Position numbers and translations under genes: made by a program
Shown: piece by piece, positions 17,663-26,868 of the stretch
How positions within the stretch are numbered: the first letter of the stretch is position 1
Layout: each line of letters starts with the position of its first letter
Notes under the pieces: model-generated
The model's database searches: none
What the model was told of the DNA's origin: nothing
Seen by the model: the letters and a program-made list of their open reading frames with translations, nothing else
From: an uncultured Sphingomonas sp.
GTDB lineage: Bacteria; Pseudomonadota; Alphaproteobacteria; Sphingomonadales; Sphingomonadaceae
DNA length: 64,000 nt
Assembly: GCF_964237155.1 (NCBI RefSeq)
Contig: NZ_CAXSHH010000001.1
Span: 45,891 to 109,890, forward strand
Direction: 5' to 3'

Positions 17663-19888
17663 ATGCCCAGAAACGTGACACCTGGCCTTCCCACGCGCCA
17701 GCAAGTGCTCGACTTCATCGCCTCCACCGACGAGCCCGCGGGCAAGCGCGAGATCGCGCGCGCCTTCGGCCTCTCCGCGCAGGACAAGATCGTGCTCAAG
17801 GCGTTGCTTCACGACATGGCCGACGAGGGACTGATCGACTCCGCCCCCGGCCGCGCGTTCCACAAGATGGGTGGGCTGCCCAAGGTCACCGTGCTCCGCG
17901 TCGCCGATGTCGACGATGGCGGCAATGTCTGGGCGGTCCCCGAACATTGGGAGGCGGAAACCCCGCCGCCGCGCCTGCGCGTCCGCGAGCGCAAGCGAGG
18001 CCAGCTCGGCATCGGCGAGCGCGTCCTCGCCCGGACGGAGGAGGCGGGCTCGGGCTGGATCGCGCATCCCCTGAAGACGCTCGCCAAAGCGTCCGAACAG
18101 GTGCTCGGCGTCCTGCGTGCCGACGGCGACCGCTTCTGGCTCACCGGTGTCGAGAAGAAGGAACGACGCGAGTTCGCAGTGTCCGACACCGGCGGCGCGG
18201 CGGCGGGCGACCTGGTGCTCGCCGAGAAGACCGGTCGTTCACCGCGCATCACCGTGCGCGTGACCGAGCGATTGGGCGATCCTTTCGCCCCACGCTCTTT
18301 CTCGCTGATCGCGATCCACAAGCACGGCATCCCCGATCATTTCGCAGACGAAACGATCGCCGAGGCTGAGGAGGCGGCGACCCTCGACATAGGTCAGGAT
18401 CGTCAGGATCTCCGCCACCTGCCCATCGTCGCGATCGACCCCGTCGACGCCCGCGACCACGACGACGCGGTCTGGGCCACGCCTGACGACGACCCGGCCA
18501 ACGCGGGCGGCTGGAAGGCGATCGTCGCCATCGCCGACGTGTCCTTCTACGTCCGCCCCGGCTCCGAGATCGACCGCGAGGCGCGCCGGCGCGGCAACTC
18601 GGTCTATTTCCCCGACCGGGTCGTGCCGATGCTGCCCGAGATCCTGTCGGCGCATGTCTGCTCGCTCGTCGAGGGCGAAGACCGGGCCGCGCTCGCCTGC
18701 CACCTGCAGGTGACGCCGAGCGGCACCCTGAAGTCATGGCGCTTCACCCGCGCCGTGCTCCGCATCGCCGCGAACCTTGCCTATGAGGAGGCGCAGGCCG
18801 CGATCGACGGCGAGCTCGTCCATCCGCTGACCGACACCGCGCTCCGTCCGCTGTGGGACTGCTGGCGTGCCCTGCTCGCCGCGCGCGAGAAGCGCGAGCC
18901 GCTCGATCTAGACCTGCCCGAACGTCGCGTGGTGTTAGACGAGAAGGGCCGGATCATGTCGGTCGCGCCGCGCGAGCGGCTCGACGCGCACCGGCTGATC
19001 GAGGATTACATGATCGCCGCCAACGTCGCCGCCGCCAAGGCGCTGGAGGCGAAGAAGTCGCCCGTCATGTACCGCGACCACGAACAGCCCAGCCGCGAGA
19101 AGCTGGTCGCGCTCAAGGACTATCTGGAGACGTTCGACATCCCCTTCACGCTGGGCCAGGTCGTCCTGCCCAAGACGTTCAATCGCATCCTGGACAAGGT
19201 GGGCGAGTCCGAGTTCCGCCCCCAGGTCATGGAACAGATCCTGCGCACGCAGACGCAGGCCTATTACGGCCCGGCCAACACGGGCCATTTCGGGCTGTCG
19301 CTGGGCAGCTACGCCCACTTTACCTCGCCCATCCGGCGCTATGCCGACCTGCTCGTCCACCGCTCGCTGGTGCGGGCATACAATCTCGGCGACGGCGCGT
19401 TGACCACCGGCGAGGCGGATGGGATGGAGCGGATCGGTCAGTCGATCAGCGGTTTCGAGCGCCGCGCGATGGAAGCCGAGCGTGACACGATCGACCGCTA
19501 CGTCGCCGCGTTCCTGTCGGAGCGCGTCGGTCAGACCGTCGAGGCGCGGATCACCGGCGTGCAGAATTACGGCTTCTTCGCCACGGTCGAGGGCGTCGGT
19601 GGCGACGGACTAATGCCCGTGCGCGATCTGGGCGGTGAGTACTTCCGCTTCGACGAGGCCGCGCGGACGCTGACCGGCGAGACGAGCGGCGAGCTCTACA
19701 CGCTTGGCCAACGGCTGGAGCTGCGCTTGGCGGAGGCGAACTCCATTTCGGGGGCGCTCCGCTTCGAATTGCCGACCGGCAAGGGAGCGGCGGCTCCGTC
19801 GGAAGCCGATCGCAGACGTGGCGGACCGCGCGTGCTCAAGCGGCGTGGACGTCCCGCCAACATCCGCCACCAGGGCGGGCGTCGGTGA
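17663..19888 (+). CDS. rnr: Ribonuclease R
   Basis: 741 aa. RNB catalytic region (IDPVDARDHDDAV, HFTSPIRRYADLLVHR), S1-like C-terminal part and a basic tail. Confidence 0.95.
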   Translation: MPRNVTPGLPTRQQVLDFIASTDEPAGKREIARAFGLSAQDKIVLKALLHDMADEGLIDSAPGRAFHKMGGLPKVTVLRVADVDDGGNVWAVPEHWEAETPPPRLRVRERKRGQLGIGERVLARTEEAGSGWIAHPLKTLAKASEQVLGVLRADGDRFWLTGVEKKERREFAVSDTGGAAAGDLVLAEKTGRSPRITVRVTERLGDPFAPRSFSLIAIHKHGIPDHFADETIAEAEEAATLDIGQDRQDLRHLPIVAIDPVDARDHDDAVWATPDDDPANAGGWKAIVAIADVSFYVRPGSEIDREARRRGNSVYFPDRVVPMLPEILSAHVCSLVEGEDRAALACHLQVTPSGTLKSWRFTRAVLRIAANLAYEEAQAAIDGELVHPLTDTALRPLWDCWRALLAAREKREPLDLDLPERRVVLDEKGRIMSVAPRERLDAHRLIEDYMIAANVAAAKALEAKKSPVMYRDHEQPSREKLVALKDYLETFDIPFTLGQVVLPKTFNRILDKVGESEFRPQVMEQILRTQTQAYYGPANTGHFGLSLGSYAHFTSPIRRYADLLVHRSLVRAYNLGDGALTTGEADGMERIGQSISGFERRAMEAERDTIDRYVAAFLSERVGQTVEARITGVQNYGFFATVEGVGGDGLMPVRDLGGEYFRFDEAARTLTGETSGELYTLGQRLELRLAEANSISGALRFELPTGKGAAAPSEADRRRGGPRVLKRRGRPANIRHQGGRR

Positions 19889-20030
19889 GCAGGCTGGTTC
19901 GACCGGACGCATGATCGTCCGCGCGGCGGTCGGGTCGCCGCAGCCATCTCGCCCGCGATCCTGTAGCGGCCGTCCCCGTCGAGCGTGGTGCACCACCGTT
20001 CCATGTGATTTCATCAAGGAGGAGCTAGCC

Positions 20031-20333
20031 ATGGCCGGACAGATCATCCCCGTCCTAATCGCCCGCGCCCGCCATCGAATGGTCGCTGATCTGAAGAGTC
20101 GGGGCGCGACCTCGCCTGACCGGGCCGTCGCGTACGATCCCGACGACCACTCGATCAACCGGCGGGTCTTTGCGCGGATGCGCGATGACGGCGTAGTGGT
20201 CGAGACCGCGCCGGGCCGCTATCATCTGAACGAGGCAGGGCTGGACGCCTTTCATGCGTCGCGCCGACGTCGGGGGGCCTTGATCGCGGGCGTCGCCGCC
20301 GTCATCGCGGGCCTGATCGCGGCCGGGGGCTGA
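20031..20333 (+). CDS. Hypothetical tail-anchored small protein (100 aa)
   Basis: ATG at 20031 preceded by AAGGAGGA. C-terminal hydrophobic anchor ALIAGVAAVIAGLIAAGG. In frame inside track ORF 19704..20333, whose upstream part overlaps rnr. Confidence 0.45.
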   Translation: MAGQIIPVLIARARHRMVADLKSRGATSPDRAVAYDPDDHSINRRVFARMRDDGVVVETAPGRYHLNEAGLDAFHASRRRRGALIAGVAAVIAGLIAAGG

Positions 20334-21001
20334 TCAACCGACCGTGAAGGTCAGCCCCGCCTTGGCCTGAAGCCGGTCGCGCAGCTCGGGGCTCATCAGC
20401 GCGCCCTGCGTCCACACGCCACCCTCACCCTCGACGTCCTGGACGAGGCACAAAGCCGCCTCCGCGATCATCTTGGAAGTCGAGCCATAGCCGGGGTCGC
20501 GGTCGCCCGTGACCACCGCGTCGACGCGCGTGCCGTCGGGCATCAGGCCCGCGAACAGCAGGTCGTAATGGCCGGCGTCGCGCTCCGCCTTGGACGGACC
20601 CTCGCCGGGCTTGGGGCCTTTGTCGCCCGCGAACGGGTTGAGCTTGGCGATCGCCTCGGCCGCGGCCTTGCCCATGTCACCGAGTCCGGCGATCATCATC
20701 TCGTCATAGGGGAAATCCGCGCCGTAGCGGTGGCCGAGCAGGAACTTGGTGCGGTGGATATGACGGTCGTCCGCTCGATCGTCGCGCGGATCGAGGCGGG
20801 GTCGTCCGCGTCGGCGACGACGAGCGGCGTGTCGCCGGGCGCGCCGATCAGGTCCGGCGCCTCTTCCAGCTTGGCCAGCGAGCGCCCCGCCATGGCCCAG
20901 CGTGGGCGCTCTGGGCCGGCGTAGGTCCGAGCCAGATAGTCCGCGACGAGCCGCCCGGTGAAGCCGGTCGCGCCGTACACGATGACGTCGAAATCCTTCA
21001 T
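20334..21001 (-). pseudogene. Saccharopine dehydrogenase-like (trans-acting enoyl reductase family) gene remnant with internal deletion plus frameshift
   Basis: The N-terminal 80-odd codons (MKDFDVIVYGATGFTGRLVADYL...LVVADADDPASIRATIERTTVIST) are in one frame. The C-terminal roughly 140 codons (IHRTKFLLGHRYGADFPYDEMM...GHYDLLFAG...GYGSTSKMIAEAALCL...) are in another frame. The frames meet near 20756-20764. Full-length family members are about 390-420 aa, so roughly 160 central codons are missing. Confidence 0.7.
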
Positions 21002-21033
21002 GTTCTGCTCCCGCGTGCGGGAGGGGGAATAGA

Positions 21034-22815
21034 TCAGGCCGCCTCGCTGAATTGCAGGTTGGCCAGCCGCGCATATAGCGCCGGGCGCGCCATGAGCTGG
21101 GCGTGGCTGCCCTCCTCGACGATGCGGCCCTCGTTCATCACCACGATGCGTTCGGCGGCGCGCACGGTCGCGAGACGGTGGGCGATGACGAGCGTGGTGC
21201 GGTTCGCCATCAGCCGTTCCAGCGCCTGCTGGACCAGCTGCTCCGACTCGGCGTCGAGCGCGCTGGTCGCCTCGTCGAGGAGGAGGATGGGGGCGTCGCG
21301 GAGCAGCGCGCGGGCGATCGTCACGCGCTGGCGCTGGCCACCCGACAAGCGAGCGCCGCCCTCGCCCAGGAAGGTATCGAGTCGGTCGGGTAGCGCGCGG
21401 AGGAACTCGGCGGCGTTGGCGGCCTCGGCGGCGGCCCACAGCTCGTCGTCGCCCGCGTCCCAGCGTCCGTAGCGGAGGTTGTCGCGCGCCGACGCGCCGA
21501 AGATCACGGTCTCCTGCGGGACCATGGCGATGCGCGCGCGGACATCGGCGGGATCGGCGTCGGTCAACGGCACGCCGTCGATCAGCACGCGGCCGGCGTC
21601 GGGATCGTAGAAGCGCTGGGCGAGCTGGAACAAGGTCGTCTTGCCCGCGCCAGAGGGGCCGACGACGGCCACGGTCTCGCCCGGCTTCACGTCGAGAGTG
21701 AAGCCGTTGAGCGCCGCCGTCTCGCGCCTGGTCGGATAGTGGAAATGGACCGCATCGAACCGCAGCGCGCCGCGGGCGGGCTCGGGCAGCGTGATCGGCC
21801 GCGCGGGCGGCGCGATCTCGGGTTGTTCGGCGAGCAGTTCGGCGAGGCGCGCGGCCGCGCCGCTCGCGCGCAGCAGGTCGCCCCAGACCTCGGTCAGCGC
21901 GCCGAACGAGCCGGTGACGATCCCGGCGGTGAGCACAAAGGCGGTGAGCGAACCGCCGGAGAAGCGGCCGGTCGCGACGTCCTGGACGGCGATCCACATG
22001 ATCCAGACGACGCCGCCGAACAGCAGCCCGATCGCGATCGCGGTCATCACCGCGCGAAGCAGGAACCGGCGCCGGGCGCTGGCGAAGCCGCGGCCGACCG
22101 CCTCCTCGAACCGGTCGGCCTCGCGCCGTTCCTGGCCGAACGCCTGGACGATCTTCATCGCGCCGAGCGTCTCGACCGCCATCGACCCGATATCGGCGAG
22201 CCGGTCCTGGCTGTCCTTGGAATAATCGCGGACGCGGCGGCCCAGCACGACGATAGGCAGGATCAGCACCGGGATGCCGAGCAGGAGCGCGCCCGCGAGC
22301 TTGGGCGCGAGCGCGAACAGGTAGATCACGCCGCCGACGCCGATCACGAGGTTGCGGAGCGCGATGGAGACGGTCGAGCCGACCACCTGCTCAATGATCG
22401 CCGTGTCCGCGGTCAGGCGGCTGGCGATCTCCGACGGGCGGTTCTCCTCGAAATAGCGCGGGGCGAGGCGGAGCAGGTTGCGGTGCACGTCGGCGCGGAT
22501 ATCGGCGACGGTGCGCTCGCCGAGCCAGGACACGAAATAGAAGCGGACCGCCGTCGCCAGCGCGAGCACCACGACGACGCCGATCAGTCCCTCGAAGTAC
22601 GGCGCGATGCGCTCCGGGTCGGCGCCGGCGGCGAAGCCGTTATCGACGACTTGCTTGAAGGTGTAGGGGATGAACAGCGTCGCCCCTGCGGCGATCGCGA
22701 GCGCGACGAGCGCGGCGGCGATTTGGAGCGGGTAGCGCGTGGCGTAGCGCCAGACCGTGGCGAGGTTGCCCAGCCGACGGCGGGGTTCGCGTGGCGTGCT
22801 GGCTTTTTCCGACAT
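21034..22815 (-). CDS. ABC transporter, fused permease/ATP-binding protein (ABCB/MsbA-like exporter)
   Basis: 593 aa. Six-TM N-terminal half, Walker A GPSGAGKTT, signature LSGGQRQR, Walker B ILLLDEATSALD. Confidence 0.9.
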   Translation of the reverse strand: MSEKASTPREPRRRLGNLATVWRYATRYPLQIAAALVALAIAAGATLFIPYTFKQVVDNGFAAGADPERIAPYFEGLIGVVVVLALATAVRFYFVSWLGERTVADIRADVHRNLLRLAPRYFEENRPSEIASRLTADTAIIEQVVGSTVSIALRNLVIGVGGVIYLFALAPKLAGALLLGIPVLILPIVVLGRRVRDYSKDSQDRLADIGSMAVETLGAMKIVQAFGQERREADRFEEAVGRGFASARRRFLLRAVMTAIAIGLLFGGVVWIMWIAVQDVATGRFSGGSLTAFVLTAGIVTGSFGALTEVWGDLLRASGAAARLAELLAEQPEIAPPARPITLPEPARGALRFDAVHFHYPTRRETAALNGFTLDVKPGETVAVVGPSGAGKTTLFQLAQRFYDPDAGRVLIDGVPLTDADPADVRARIAMVPQETVIFGASARDNLRYGRWDAGDDELWAAAEAANAAEFLRALPDRLDTFLGEGGARLSGGQRQRVTIARALLRDAPILLLDEATSALDAESEQLVQQALERLMANRTTLVIAHRLATVRAAERIVVMNEGRIVEEGSHAQLMARPALYARLANLQFSEAA

Positions 22816-22931
22816 GCCCCGCGCCTAGCAGGGTGAGCAGGAGGGCTCAACGCCGCGCCGGCTCCGCCCATTGCCCGGCGCGACATTTGCGTTACCGGTT
22901 CCGCAACCCATCTTGGGCCAAAGGATCATGG

Positions 22932-24137
22932 ATGCTTTACAACGCATACGAGATGCAGCGTTCGCTGATGACCACCGCCGGGATGATGGCGGGCTGGGGC
23001 GCGGAGATGTGGCGTCATCCCGCCTATCTGGGCGGCGGTGACGTGCTGGCTTCGGCGCTGGAAGTGTTCGCGCACACGGCGGAGCCGCGCGGCAAGCCCG
23101 AATTTGGGCTGGATCGTATCACGGTCGACGGACGCGAGGTGGCGGTAACCGAGGAGATCGTACTCCGCAAGCCGTTTGGTCAGCTGAAGCGGTTTCGCCG
23201 TGAGGGCGTGGAGGGGGCGCCCAAGCTGTTGATCGTCGCGCCGATGTCGGGCCATTATGCGACCCTGCTTCGCGGCACCGTGGCGCGCATGCTCCAGAGC
23301 GCGGACGTGTACGTCACGGATTGGCGCGACGCGAAGCTCGTACCCTTGACGGATGGCCGTTTCGACCTCGACGACTATATCGATTACTTGATCGAGTTCA
23401 TGGGGGCGATTGGGCCGGGCGCGCACATGCTCGCCGTCTGCCAGCCGTCCGTCCCCTGCCTCGCGGCTGCGGCGCTGATGAGCGCCGACGCGCATCCGTG
23501 TCGGCCGAGGACGTTGACGATGATGGGCGGGCCGATCGACACGCGCGAGGCTCCGACGTCCGTCAACACGCTCGCCACGGAGCGTCCGCACGCTTGGTTC
23601 GAGCAGAACGTGATCGCGACCGTGCCGTCCGGTCATCCGGGCGCGGGACGACGCGTCTATCCGGGCTTCCTGCAACTCGCCGGGTTCATGTCGATGAATC
23701 TTGGGGATCACATGCTGAGCCATTTCGAAATGTATAAGCACTTGGTCCGCGGCGATGGTGAGAGCGCGGACGCGAGCAAGGCGTTCTACGACGAGTACCG
23801 CTCGGTATGCGACATGACCGCCGAGTTCTACCTTCAGACGATCGATGTGGTGTTCCAGTCCCACGCGCTGCCAAAAGGTGAGATGATGCATCGCGGCCGG
23901 CCGGTAAATGTCGGCGCCATCACCGACGTGGCGCTACTGGCGATCGAGGGTGAGCGCGACGACATTTCCGGGTTGGGACAGACCAAATCGGCGCTGACGC
24001 TGGCGACGAGCCTGTCGGATGATCGCAAGCGTTATCTGATGGCGGAGGGCGCCGGTCACTATGGGATCTTCAACGGTTCACGCTGGCGCGACAAGATCGC
24101 GCCGGTAGTCGAGGATTGGATGAAGATACACGGTTGA
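22932..24137 (+). CDS. phaZ: Intracellular polyhydroxyalkanoate (PHB) depolymerase
   Basis: 401 aa from the ATG at 22932. The MLYNAYEMQRSLM N-terminus is characteristic of the intracellular PhaZ family. Thiolase and MaoC genes lie nearby. Confidence 0.85.
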   Translation: MLYNAYEMQRSLMTTAGMMAGWGAEMWRHPAYLGGGDVLASALEVFAHTAEPRGKPEFGLDRITVDGREVAVTEEIVLRKPFGQLKRFRREGVEGAPKLLIVAPMSGHYATLLRGTVARMLQSADVYVTDWRDAKLVPLTDGRFDLDDYIDYLIEFMGAIGPGAHMLAVCQPSVPCLAAAALMSADAHPCRPRTLTMMGGPIDTREAPTSVNTLATERPHAWFEQNVIATVPSGHPGAGRRVYPGFLQLAGFMSMNLGDHMLSHFEMYKHLVRGDGESADASKAFYDEYRSVCDMTAEFYLQTIDVVFQSHALPKGEMMHRGRPVNVGAITDVALLAIEGERDDISGLGQTKSALTLATSLSDDRKRYLMAEGAGHYGIFNGSRWRDKIAPVVEDWMKIHG

Positions 24138-24140
24138 TCG

Positions 24141-24170
24141 ATCGAGGGGCGGCCCCGGCCGCCCCTCGAT
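24141..24170. terminator. Perfect 30-nt palindrome between convergent phaZ and the stress-protein gene (bidirectional terminator candidate)
   Basis: ATCGAGGGGCGGCC-CC-GGCCGCCCCTCGAT forms 14-nt perfect arms. There is no U-tract on either side. Confidence 0.5.
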
Positions 24171-24175
24171 CAGGC

Positions 24176-24652
24176 TTACGCGATGGAATCGACCTTCGCA
24201 TGGCTCGACGACTCGTTCGAGGTGATCGAACCACCGAACAACATCTTCACGCGACCGCTGAGCGAGATATCGGTTTCCCACAACTCGGCCGAATCCACGT
24301 CGAACCGTAGCAGCGTCGCGTCCGCCTTGCCGTTCGGGAACCAAGCCTCGATGCGGTTGTCCCAGAGCTTGTCGATCTGGACGGGATCGTTGTCCTGGCT
24401 GACGGTGCCCTTCAGGCACGCGAAGAAATCGTGACCTTTGCCGACGAACTGCACCATGGCGTCACCGCCCTTGACCGCGCGGTTGTCCTTGCCCGCGAAC
24501 ACGAACAACGCGTTGGGTTGATCGTCATCGATCTTGACGTTCATCGGCTCCGAATGCTCGCCGTTCATCAGGCCGAGCATGATGAAAGGGCTTTCCTTCA
24601 CCTTGGCGATGAACTTGGCGGCGATCTCCTGCGGGCTGTCGTGGTCGGCCAT
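24176..24652 (-). CDS. Pyridoxamine 5'-phosphate oxidase-like protein, general stress protein 26 family
   Basis: 158 aa from the ATG at 24652 (MADHDSPQEIAAKF...). The pattern SPFIMLGL...EPMNV...NALFVFAGKDNRAVKG is typical of the COG3871/GSP26 fold. Confidence 0.72.
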   Translation of the reverse strand: MADHDSPQEIAAKFIAKVKESPFIMLGLMNGEHSEPMNVKIDDDQPNALFVFAGKDNRAVKGGDAMVQFVGKGHDFFACLKGTVSQDNDPVQIDKLWDNRIEAWFPNGKADATLLRFDVDSAELWETDISLSGRVKMLFGGSITSNESSSHAKVDSIA

Positions 24653-24778
24653 GCGTGTGCTCCCTTTATGATCGGTTCGGGTGGAGAACGACGCGGGCCG
24701 GGGTTGGTTGCGCGGGTCGGGCGCGGGCGGCATGAGCAGCGACGGCGGCAATCAAGCCGTCGCACAAGGAGGTGTTGA

Positions 24779-24871
24779 ATGACGTTGACCGACTTGTGCC
24801 TGATCTTGGGCGTACTCTTCGCCTTTGGGACCTTGGTCCTGAAGGTCATCGAGGTGGCGCGCAACAGGTAG
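24779..24871 (+). CDS. Candidate small hydrophobic peptide (30 aa), type-I-toxin / holin-like architecture
   Basis: MTLTDLCLILGVLFAFGTLVLKVIEVARNR has one TM helix and a basic tail. AAGGAGG lies 6 nt upstream of the ATG. It is too short to appear in the ORF track. The codon usage (4 TTG, GTA, TTT) is atypical for this genome. Confidence 0.4.
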   Translation: MTLTDLCLILGVLFAFGTLVLKVIEVARNR

Positions 24872-25017
24872 GGTGCCGGGCGGGGCTCGGGCTGACACTC
24901 GGGTCCCGAATGATTGAGCCCCGGACGCTGACACGACCGGGGCTCACAAGGAGGCGGGAATGACACCGCCCGCGATTTGTATATCGATTAGCCGTTACGT
25001 TTTCAATATCGCGGGCG

Positions 25018-26193
25018 TCACAGCACCTCGAACAGCCCGGCCGCGCCCATGCCGCCGCCGACGCACATCGTCACCACGACGTGCTTGGCCCCGCGGCGCT
25101 TGCCCTCGATCAGCGCGTGGCCGGTCATGCGGGCGCCGCTCATGCCGTAGGGGTGTCCGACCGAGATCGCGCCGCCGTTGACATTCAGGAGCTCGTCGGG
25201 GATGCCGAGCTTGTCGCGGCAATAGAGCACCTGCACCGCGAAGGCCTCGTTCAGCTCCCACAGGCCAATATCGTCCATCTTGCGGCCGAAACGCTCGAGC
25301 AGCTTGGGAATCGCGAAGACGGGGCCGATGCCCATCTCGTCGGGGGCGGTGCCGGCGACGGCCATGCCGATATAACGGCCGAGCGGGCTCAGGCCGCGAG
25401 CGGATGCGACCGATTCCTCCATCAGCACGGCGGCGGAGGCTCCGTCGGAGAGCTGGCTGGCATTGCCGGCGGTGATCGTGCCGTCGGGGAGTACCGCCTT
25501 CAATGACTTCAGGCCCTCCAGCGTGGTGTCGGCGCGGTTGCCTTCGTCCTTGGCGAGGGTGATTACTTTGTGGGTTACCTCTTTGGTATCCTTGTTCACG
25601 AGGGCCATGGTGGCGGTGACGGGGACGATCTCGTCGTCGAACTTGCCCGCGGCCTGCGCGGCGGCGGTGCGCTGCTGCGAGCGGAGGCCGTACTCGTCCA
25701 TCGCGTCGCGGTCGACGCCGTAGCGCTTGGCGACGATCTCGGCGGTCTGGAGCATGGGCATGTAGATGTCGGCGTGCATCGCGAGCAGCTCGGGATCGGG
25801 AGCGACGCGCATCTGCGGGGTCTGGACGAGGCTGATCGAGTCGACGCCGCCGCCGATCGTCACGTCCATATGGTCGACAACGATCTGCTTGGCGGCGGTG
25901 GCGATCGCCATCAGGCCCGACGCGCACTGGCGGTCGAGCGACATGCCGGACACGGTCGTCGGGAGGCCGGCGCGGAGCAGCGAGGTGCGGGCGATGTTGC
26001 CGGCCTGGTGGCCCTGCTGGAGCGCGGAGCCGAAGACGACGTCCTGCACCTCCGCGCCGTCGATGCCGGCGCGATCGACGGCGGCCTTGATCGCGTGGGA
26101 GGCGAGGGTCGGGGAGGGCAGGTTGTTGAAGGCGCCGCGATAGGCGCGGCCGATGGGGGTGCGGGCGGTGGAGACGATGACGGCGGAGCGCAT
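25018..26193 (-). CDS. Acetyl-CoA C-acetyltransferase (thiolase II)
   Basis: 391 aa. Active-site Cys region [13 protein letters not shown] and the C-terminal [19 protein letters not shown] and [14 protein letters not shown] thiolase signatures. Confidence 0.95.
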   Translation of the reverse strand: MRSAVIVSTARTPIGRAYRGAFNNLPSPTLASHAIKAAVDRAGIDGAEVQDVVFGSALQQGHQAGNIARTSLLRAGLPTTVSGMSLDRQCASGLMAIATAAKQIVVDHMDVTIGGGVDSISLVQTPQMRVAPDPELLAMHADIYMPMLQTAEIVAKRYGVDRDAMDEYGLRSQQRTAAAQAAGKFDDEIVPVTATMALVNKDTKEVTHKVITLAKDEGNRADTTLEGLKSLKAVLPDGTITAGNASQLSDGASAAVLMEESVASARGLSPLGRYIGMAVAGTAPDEMGIGPVFAIPKLLERFGRKMDDIGLWELNEAFAVQVLYCRDKLGIPDELLNVNGGAISVGHPYGMSGARMTGHALIEGKRRGAKHVVVTMCVGGGMGAAGLFEVL

Positions 26194-26209
26194 GGTTTTC
26201 TTCCTTTTG

Positions 26210-26305
26210 CTCCCCTTCCGCTTGGCGGGAGGGGTTGGGGGAGGGTGTGTGCGGAGGTGGGCATGACAGGCCCTCCCCCGACCCCTCCCGCAAGCGGGAG
26301 GGGAG
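26210..26305. repeat. Repeat family B, copy B3
   Basis: CTCCCCTTCCGCTTGGCGGGAGGGGTTGGGGGAGGG-(spacer)-CCCTCCCCCGACCCCTCCCGCAAGCGGGAGGGGAG. It lies between the maoC stop and the thiolase start, which are co-directional on the minus strand. Confidence 0.8.
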
Positions 26306-26311
26306 AAGACA

Positions 26312-26770
26312 TCAGACGAAGACCTGGGCGATCCATTCGGCGATGAGGGCGGGCTTGTCCGCGCCCTCGACCTCGACGGTGAACTCGTTGGATTGTTGGA
26401 ACTGGCCGGGCTTTTTCTCGTCGAAGCTTAACAGTTTGAAGCGGCCTCTTACCTTCGCGCCCGAACGGACGGGGGTGATGAAGCGGACCTTGTTGCCGCC
26501 GTAGTTGACGCCCATCCGAGCCCCCGCGAGTCGCGGCGCATCCGGAACCTTGGAGGAGAGGAGCGGCATCAGTGACAGGGTCAGGAACCCGTGCGCGATC
26601 GTGCCGCCGAAGGGGGTCATGGCGGCGGCCGCCGGATCGACATGGATGAACTGGTGATCGCCCGTCGCGTCGGCGAACTTGTCGATCATGCCTTGCGTGA
26701 CCTCGACCCAGTCGGACACGGTCTCGGTGCCGATGCGGGCGGTCATCTCGGCGGGCGTGTATGTCGCCAC
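26312..26770 (-). CDS. MaoC-like (R)-specific enoyl-CoA hydratase / dehydratase
   Basis: Hot-dog fold motif [32 protein letters not shown]. Start is either the GTG at 26770 or the ATG at 26746. The upstream part of track ORF 26312..26884 is unlikely to be coding. Confidence 0.85.
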   Translation of the reverse strand: MATYTPAEMTARIGTETVSDWVEVTQGMIDKFADATGDHQFIHVDPAAAAMTPFGGTIAHGFLTLSLMPLLSSKVPDAPRLAGARMGVNYGGNKVRFITPVRSGAKVRGRFKLLSFDEKKPGQFQQSNEFTVEVEGADKPALIAEWIAQVFV

Positions 26771-26868
26771 GGGGTCCCCATCTGTTTGGTTCGGCGCTAA
26801 GCGCGGCGTGGAACCTCTAGGCCGCGCGGAGCCGTTTCCGCAAGCCTCACCCGACCGGAAGCACGAAG

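Noticed and set aside
24960-25181. 73-aa ORF with an excellent SD (AAGGAGG-N5-ATG)
   Set aside because: After about 19 codons it runs antisense through the last 160 nt of the thiolase gene with Arg-rich translation, so I do not call it a CDS. The SD-ATG is kept as part of the 24766-25017 finding.
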